A stretch of DNA of 64,000 nt from Microgenomates group bacterium (GTDB taxonomy: Bacteria > Patescibacteriota > Microgenomatia > UBA10105 > UBA927). Positions 59,263 through 64,000 of the stretch are shown one piece after another. Positions within the stretch are counted from its first letter, which is position 1. Each line of letters begins with the position of its first letter. The stretch is from contig JBAQFJ010000001.1 in assembly GCA_049287205.1 (NCBI GenBank), positions 575,041-639,040 of the forward strand. Reading direction: 5' to 3'. Under the pieces are notes generated by a model that was not told the origin of the DNA, made no database searches, and worked only from the letters and a program-made list of their open reading frames with translations. Made by a program: the position numbers and the translations under genes.

Positions 59263-60269
59263 AACAACACTCCACGTCTCACAATGGTAAGTGCGATAAA
59301 AAATGCCGTAAAGAACAAAATATGCGCGAGATTATGCCCGGCAACACGGGTGATTTTCTTTTTTGAAACAACAATGCCGTCAATAATTAAAATTCCAATC
59401 AAAAGGCCCATAAATAAAAATGCGACGTCACGGGTAACTGTCGGAATATTGATCATTGGCTTTTTCGTAACAGAGGAGAACATGGTCGATAATACATTCA
59501 AAACAGGTGTTGGCTTCACTGCGGCAACAGGTTTTATCTCAACTGGCGGAACAACTTGTTCTTCAACCTCTTTTGTCGTCTGTTCTCCAAGTTGTGTTTG
59601 TTCTGAATATACTTCCACAACCGCTGCTTTTTCCGTCACAACGGTTTGTACCGGCTTTTCAGCCGCAAGCTGTCCGCTTCCTGCGCCAAACATCTGCACA
59701 ACTAATGTTGTTTCTTCCCCGTTTAACACGCCGTTTACTATCGCAAAACCGATATCCTGATAGCTTGGTTTTATAATGTTGTCCTTATGAGTTGGCGAGG
59801 CCATCCATGCGTCAATAACCCCTTGACTCGTTGAAAAATTTTTTGCCAGATTTTCCCCTGCAACTGTGTACGTATATCCTGCTTGTTGAATAAACGTCCA
59901 CGGTGTTTTTCCCTCAGGACTGTTATGTGACCAATAATCATTTTGAAACATATCCTGTGCTTTCAAGGCTGCAGCCTGGGACAACGTCACATTGTACGTA
60001 AGCGGAGATAATCCCAGAGCCTGTCTTTTGGCATTTGTTCCACTAAGCAGCTGATCAACCCGGATATCTGTCGCGTACCCCAACACATTTGGAAATTCTC
60101 TATGCATAATCCGAATTCCAAAGTTAAAAATTGCAAAAATAAGCACGTAACAGAGCATTGAATCAAGATGTAATGCTTTCGCGTGATGATTATTCGAAAC
60201 GTGAGGAACAAAAAAATGACGTAGGAAATGCTCCATATAATTATCATACCTATTTACCCGTAAAAACAC
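59259..60269 (-). CDS. CAP/SCP/PR-1-like (YkwD-type) domain protein anchored by N- and C-terminal TM helices
   Basis: GYTYTVAGENLAKNFSTSQGVIDAWMASPTHKDNIIKPSYQDIGFAIV matches the CAP-domain GENLA...W..S..H..N signature. A Glu/Gln/Val/Pro-rich linker and a C-terminal hydrophobic helix follow. Confidence 0.65.
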   Translation of the reverse strand: MFLRVNRYDNYMEHFLRHFFVPHVSNNHHAKALHLDSMLCYVLIFAIFNFGIRIMHREFPNVLGYATDIRVDQLLSGTNAKRQALGLSPLTYNVTLSQAAALKAQDMFQNDYWSHNSPEGKTPWTFIQQAGYTYTVAGENLAKNFSTSQGVIDAWMASPTHKDNIIKPSYQDIGFAIVNGVLNGEETTLVVQMFGAGSGQLAAEKPVQTVVTEKAAVVEVYSEQTQLGEQTTKEVEEQVVPPVEIKPVAAVKPTPVLNVLSTMFSSVTKKPMINIPTVTRDVAFLFMGLLIGILIIDGIVVSKKKITRVAGHNLAHILFFTAFFIALTIVRRGVLL

Positions 60270-60288
60270 CAGACATGAAGGGTATCAT

Positions 60289-60624
60289 CTACTTCCACTT
60301 ATCTTGTTCGTAGGGGATTTCGATTGGCTCATTTGCCGAATTTCCGTTGACAGGAATGTTGAGCAGATATCCGAGTGTTTGAGCTATTGTCACACCGACG
60401 CGACGTCCGGTAAATGAACCTTGATCTACAAGTACGGTTATGTCTTGAATGTCGGAAACTGAATCACCATGCTTTTTTAGTGCCAAATCAATAAAAGGAA
60501 GAATTACCTGAGAATGGGATGTCATTTCTTCATTCACGAGGGATTCCGTATATCCATTGCCAACCACTGTTATGTTTGTTTTTTTGGCGTCCCGTGAATC
60601 GATCGTCAAATGGAGCGTTTTCAT
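60289..60624 (-). CDS. tsaB: truncated TsaB (YeaZ) - N-terminal half only
   Basis: From ATG at 60624: MKTLHLTIDSRD...ILPFIDLALKKHGDSVSDIQDITVLVDQGSFTGRRVGVTIAQTLGYLLNIPV matches the TsaB N-terminal domain (GPGSFTG.R.G). It ends after about 111 aa. There is a 4-nt overlap with tsaC. Confidence 0.7.
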   Translation of the reverse strand: MKTLHLTIDSRDAKKTNITVVGNGYTESLVNEEMTSHSQVILPFIDLALKKHGDSVSDIQDITVLVDQGSFTGRRVGVTIAQTLGYLLNIPVNGNSANEPIEIPYEQDKWK

Positions 60625-61241
60625 AGTATAACCGCTCCCTGACGAATAATACGATATGGCGTTACTGTACAATCCACAACTGTTGAAACAGTACCGATAG
60701 GACACACTCCCGGAACAACAAAATCAACCTGGCTCGTCAATTTCGGATTCAAATCTTCAAAGCGATATGGTGTGGGTTCACCGTGAAAATTTGCTGAAGG
60801 CCCAACGATTGGTATCTTTACTCCGTCTAAAATTCTCTGGAGCGTCTCATGTTTCGGATGCCGCATACCAACCGTATCACCGTCCCCGCAAATAGGGGAG
60901 TATATCAATTCTTTTTTACACATATCCACTATGGTCAATGCTCCCGGCCAATATATTTTCATAAGACGTCGTACAATATCTGACGAATGTTGATAAAAGG
61001 GGAACGCAGCCTCCATATTTGGCACCAGTACAGGCAATGCCTGCGTTGCGGGTCTTTTCCGAATTTTAAATAACCTATCAATGGATTCAGGCTTATCAAT
61101 CCTGCAACCGATTCCAAATGCGGTGTCTGTCGGAAAAATAATAATTCCTCCCGCATTCACAGTGGCAATTGCTTTTTGAATTTGTTCATCAATTGGTACC
61201 ATAGGTAATTTCAATCCTCCGTTCGGATTCAGAAGCGCCAT
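60621..61241 (-). CDS. tsaC: L-threonylcarbamoyladenylate synthase (YrdC-domain, TsaC type)
   Basis: AGGIIIFPTDTAFGIGC...KIRKRP...ALPVLV...WPGALTIV YrdC/Sua5 motifs; 206 aa (no Sua5 C-terminal domain). Confidence 0.8.
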   Translation of the reverse strand: MALLNPNGGLKLPMVPIDEQIQKAIATVNAGGIIIFPTDTAFGIGCRIDKPESIDRLFKIRKRPATQALPVLVPNMEAAFPFYQHSSDIVRRLMKIYWPGALTIVDMCKKELIYSPICGDGDTVGMRHPKHETLQRILDGVKIPIVGPSANFHGEPTPYRFEDLNPKLTSQVDFVVPGVCPIGTVSTVVDCTVTPYRIIRQGAVIL

Positions 61242-61653
61242 GGGTAAACCGAAAGTCTATTCGTTTCTCCGGCAAAAGCCTACCGAGCCGCTCAGCCCAC
61301 TCAATGATCACAATATTTTTCTCATCGTTAAACATTTCCTGTATTCCTAATTCTTGTATACTTTGTTCACTCGTTAACCGATAGAGATCCAGATGGAAAA
61401 AGAACCTGTCAATATTGGACAATTGTTGACGTCGTACAATAATGAAAGTAGGCGAGAGCAGGCGAGAGGTGAGGCCTAATCCCTTCGCAACCCCCTGAAC
61501 AAACGTGGTCTTCCCCATTCCTAAATCACCGTACAAACAGATAATATGCGGTGAGTTTTTACTCCCCTTTTGTATCAGGCGATCTGCCAACTTTTCGCCA
61601 AGTTTTTGAGTTTCTTCGGCATTTTTGGTAATAGTAATTTCAGACTTATCCAT
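61189..61653 (-). CDS. tsaE: tRNA t6A biosynthesis ATPase TsaE (YjeE)
   Basis: ICLYGDLGMGKTTFVQGVAKGLGL Walker A and the TsaE-typical N-terminal ETQKLGEKLA; 154 aa. Confidence 0.8.
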   Translation of the reverse strand: MDKSEITITKNAEETQKLGEKLADRLIQKGSKNSPHIICLYGDLGMGKTTFVQGVAKGLGLTSRLLSPTFIIVRRQQLSNIDRFFFHLDLYRLTSEQSIQELGIQEMFNDEKNIVIIEWAERLGRLLPEKRIDFRFTHGASESERRIEITYGTN

Positions 61654-61985
61654 GCGAACATTGCTCCAAACATGTCAATTATAGCATCACGCGGCTTCCC
61701 TTCACGCGTTGGAACGTAGGACTGATGCAATTCATCAGTTATTGCAAATAATACAGTAATGCAAAAAGGTAGCAACCAAATCCAGCTTTTTTGCATACCC
61801 AATGTATTTTTTACCGCCCTGTACGTGACCACATATAAAAACGCATATTCGATAAGATGCAGTGTCTTAAAAAACATAAAACTCAAAACATAAGAATCGG
61901 TGACAGCAATCTTTTGCCGTGCAGAGAATGCAAAAATCACTCCCATCCAGATTATAACCGGCAACCAGAAGCGCACCTGTTTCAT
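61575..61985 (-). CDS. VanZ-like family membrane protein
   Basis: 136 aa, 4 helices, ITDELHQSYVPTREGKPRDAIIDMFGAMFAW (DE.HQ..VP.R...D VanZ signature). The C-terminus overlaps the tsaE start by 79 nt out of frame. Confidence 0.65.
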   Translation of the reverse strand: MKQVRFWLPVIIWMGVIFAFSARQKIAVTDSYVLSFMFFKTLHLIEYAFLYVVTYRAVKNTLGMQKSWIWLLPFCITVLFAITDELHQSYVPTREGKPRDAIIDMFGAMFAWISLKLLLPKMPKKLKNLAKSWQIA

Positions 61986-62806
61986 ATGTCTTTAGTATAG
62001 CGAATTTTAATAACTGATACAGCAGCAAGAAGAGAAAGCCCAATACCGACAAACAATAATGCAATAATATAGGGTCGTTTCTCGGACAACATATCCATGC
62101 TCCCTGAAGCATTCTTTTGAGTTTCATTTGTCTGACCAAGTACAGTACCAGATGGTGCCATTTCATCAACAACCGTTACCTGTGAAAGAATTTGCACAAA
62201 GGATGTCGGTTTACTGGATGGGTTTATTGGTGTCGGCGTTGTTATCAAAACCGTTGATACAGCAGGGGTGTTGGTTGGACCTTTGGCAGGAGTTGGCGTC
62301 ACTGTCGGTGTTACTGTCGGTGCCATTGTTGCAGTGGGCAGTATCGGTGAGAATGATAAATAATTTGCAGATTGAAAACTTGTTCCGCACGCATCATTTA
62401 CCTGCAAACAGCCCCTGAGAAATAATAGTTTTATCTCATCGACAGCGGATGTCTTAATACGGCATGGAAGCGCACCCCTCCAAGATCCGTCATTTTGTAT
62501 CATAACTTGCGGCATATCAATCCAGGCGCTTGTATCATCTAACCATTTTTCTGTTGTTGTGTTATATGTCTGCCCCTCTGTCAAACTTGAACTTGTTTGA
62601 CCTATGCGACACTTAAGATAATACACTGCACCAGTCATTCCTCCGCTTGCGGTCGCCTGTACAGCAAAGGTATCACCAATGATTGGACTGGCCGAATCAA
62701 TTTCTAACGGAGTAAACACGACACCAGAAACGGCGAATGAAATAGGGATACGAAAGAAAAAGAAATAAACTACCACGCCAACGATTGTTGGAATTCGGGC
62801 AGACAT
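61982..62806 (-). CDS. membrane-anchored surface protein with Pro/Thr-rich linker (hypothetical)
   Basis: N-terminal signal-anchor, a globular region of about 130 aa, a PTATMAPTVTPTVTPTPAKGPTNTPAVSTVLITTPTPINPSSKPTS linker, and a C-terminal hydrophobic helix followed by a basic tail (KIRYTKDI). Confidence 0.5.
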   Translation of the reverse strand: MSARIPTIVGVVVYFFFFRIPISFAVSGVVFTPLEIDSASPIIGDTFAVQATASGGMTGAVYYLKCRIGQTSSSLTEGQTYNTTTEKWLDDTSAWIDMPQVMIQNDGSWRGALPCRIKTSAVDEIKLLFLRGCLQVNDACGTSFQSANYLSFSPILPTATMAPTVTPTVTPTPAKGPTNTPAVSTVLITTPTPINPSSKPTSFVQILSQVTVVDEMAPSGTVLGQTNETQKNASGSMDMLSEKRPYIIALLFVGIGLSLLAAVSVIKIRYTKDI

Positions 62807-62824
62807 AGTGTTATGTACTGTTCG

Positions 62825-63991
62825 TCAGTTATAGTTGACATGGAGATAATATGTCATAATTCCTCCATCTTTATGTTCAAGTCTTACATACTGCAAACGG
62901 CAATTTCCGGAATAAAAACCGCGATACACCGTACCATCCTGAACCGCTTTCACATCTAATGAAGATCCATCAATATCAATACCGTTGTGGGTTGGATACG
63001 GCCGGTACATTCTGACATACCAGGTATTCCCATACCCTTGGTTTAATTGTATCTGTGGCGCGATTGGCCAATCCCAACTGCCTGACGGATTAAACGCATC
63101 ACCTCCCGAGTCATTTACATGATCAACAGATTTTAAATAATTGAACGGATTTTCCGTTATGCCGTTTTTACTCACGGTAAAATGGAGATGCGTACCGGTG
63201 GAATTACACGATGAGCCGGAAATAACTGAGGCAATTTTATCTCCTTTTTTCACTTCCCCTACTTTTACCTCTGAACCGCCTCCCGCAATAATTCCCTGTA
63301 TTTGTTGATACTCAGCGCGTGCAGCCGCGAGCAGATTTTGAAAAATAGATTCCTGCCCTTTTGTCTGAGCAAGCAACATATCTTTATCCTGCTTTTGCTG
63401 CGCCAGTTGTTTATTTTTGTATTCGAGTTCTTTTTCCGCTTCCACTTGTTTTTGTTTCTTTTCTTCACGCTGCGTTTTCCTTTCGGCATAGTTGTTCTGT
63501 GTTGCTTTGTATTGCACAAATAACTTAAGATCCTGCTGTTGTACTTTTTTAATGTATTGAATTCTGGCAACCAAATCGCCGATATCTTTACTGAACATCA
63601 ATGACGTAAAATCACTTGACTTCACATATTCTTTATAAGATTCAGGTACGCGTTTTTGTAACAGCTCCGTCTGTTTTGTTAATTTAGTTTCCAGAATTTC
63701 CACTTCACCCGCAAGTTGATTGATTTCTGCAGTAAGGTTTGCGATAAATCCCTTGACACTCTGAATTTGAAATGTGGTCAGTTGAATTTGATTATTCAAA
63801 TAACTGATTTGTGAAGAAAGAGTATTTTTAGTATTTTGACAACTGTCTACCACTTGCTGATAACAGGTGACGGACTCTTCAACTGATTTTCCTTTGCAGG
63901 GATCGGACGAAGTACAATCAACGGCAAAAACAGGCAACTGCAACAACAGCGAGATGCAAAGCGTACAGATGATGACGACTATTCTCTTCAT
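62825..63991 (-). CDS. M23 family peptidoglycan metalloendopeptidase with N-terminal coiled coil (EnvC-like)
   Basis: Signal peptide, Cys-rich segment, and a long heptad-like Q/K/E-rich region. C-terminal LytM domain with GTHLHFTV (HxH) and DIDGS...GTVYRG motifs. Confidence 0.8.
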   Translation of the reverse strand: MKRIVVIICTLCISLLLQLPVFAVDCTSSDPCKGKSVEESVTCYQQVVDSCQNTKNTLSSQISYLNNQIQLTTFQIQSVKGFIANLTAEINQLAGEVEILETKLTKQTELLQKRVPESYKEYVKSSDFTSLMFSKDIGDLVARIQYIKKVQQQDLKLFVQYKATQNNYAERKTQREEKKQKQVEAEKELEYKNKQLAQQKQDKDMLLAQTKGQESIFQNLLAAARAEYQQIQGIIAGGGSEVKVGEVKKGDKIASVISGSSCNSTGTHLHFTVSKNGITENPFNYLKSVDHVNDSGGDAFNPSGSWDWPIAPQIQLNQGYGNTWYVRMYRPYPTHNGIDIDGSSLDVKAVQDGTVYRGFYSGNCRLQYVRLEHKDGGIMTYYLHVNYN

Positions 63992-64000
63992 GCATGACTT

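Noticed and set aside
61189-61241. tsaC-tsaE overlap as evidence of a fused TsaC-TsaE protein or a frameshift
   Set aside because: The two reading frames differ. TsaE has its own family-typical N-terminus, and TsaC has an internal Met at 61202 that reduces the overlap to 14 nt. They are separate genes.
63265-63570. 101-aa Lys/Arg-rich minus-strand ORF
   Set aside because: It is an alternative frame inside the coiled-coil region of the M23 peptidase gene. It is a low-complexity K/R/N artefact of the AAG/AAA-rich coding sequence.
1-64000. CRISPR arrays, tRNA/rRNA genes, IS elements or integrases
   Set aside because: I saw no periodic 25-40-nt direct repeats with unique spacers. Intergenic space totals under 1 kb and no spacer has tRNA-like length or structure. 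No transposase or integrase motif (DDE, tyrosine recombinase R..H..R..Y) was seen in any translation.

Overview
This 64-kb window is AT-rich (roughly 40% GC by eye) and almost entirely coding. It looks like one very large cell-surface glycosylation island followed by a short envelope and housekeeping tail. I count 57 CDS, 54 of them on the minus strand. Most abut or overlap by 1-25 nt (many ATGA-type junctions), giving a co-directional super-operon-like array of about 55 kb.

The contents are:
- 12 GT2 (GT-A) enzymes. Several are DPM1/GtrB-like polyprenol-phosphate sugar synthases, and one is fused to a GtrA-like C-terminal membrane domain.
- 3 GT4 (GT-B) enzymes.
- 2 Wzx/MOP-type flippases.
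- About 22 polytopic membrane proteins of GT-C type, in at least five paralogue families: long YfhO-like (750-800 aa, 3 copies); short YfhO-like (520-560 aa, 4 copies) sharing a C-terminal PGW..DG...ADY.F.AV.VP.G.H module with the long forms; ArnT/PMT (GT39)-like proteins with DE/DEGRD motifs; one PIG-V/GT76-like protein; a two-copy 'HxNPY' family.
- One class-I SAM methyltransferase.
- A nucleotide-sugar module: rmlA, rmlC-like, rmlB, rmlD, ugd and a Gmd/Rmd-like SDR.

The 3' end of the array carries a CAP/SCP-domain surface protein, a Pro/Thr-rich membrane-anchored protein, an EnvC-like M23 peptidase, a VanZ-like protein and a minimal t6A module (tsaE, tsaC, truncated tsaB).

I recognised no rRNA, tRNA, CRISPR array, transposase or integrase. 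A 5'-partial minus-strand gene at 1..1594 is absent from the ORF track but has an open frame by manual translation.

The gene content (short RmlA, half-size TsaB, many YfhO paralogues, extreme operon compaction) resembles Candidate Phyla Radiation/Patescibacteria genomes; that is an inference. All product calls rest on motifs read by eye from the translations. No database search was possible. Several ORF-track 'M' starts are TTG/GTG (for example 3536), so the exact starts are provisional.
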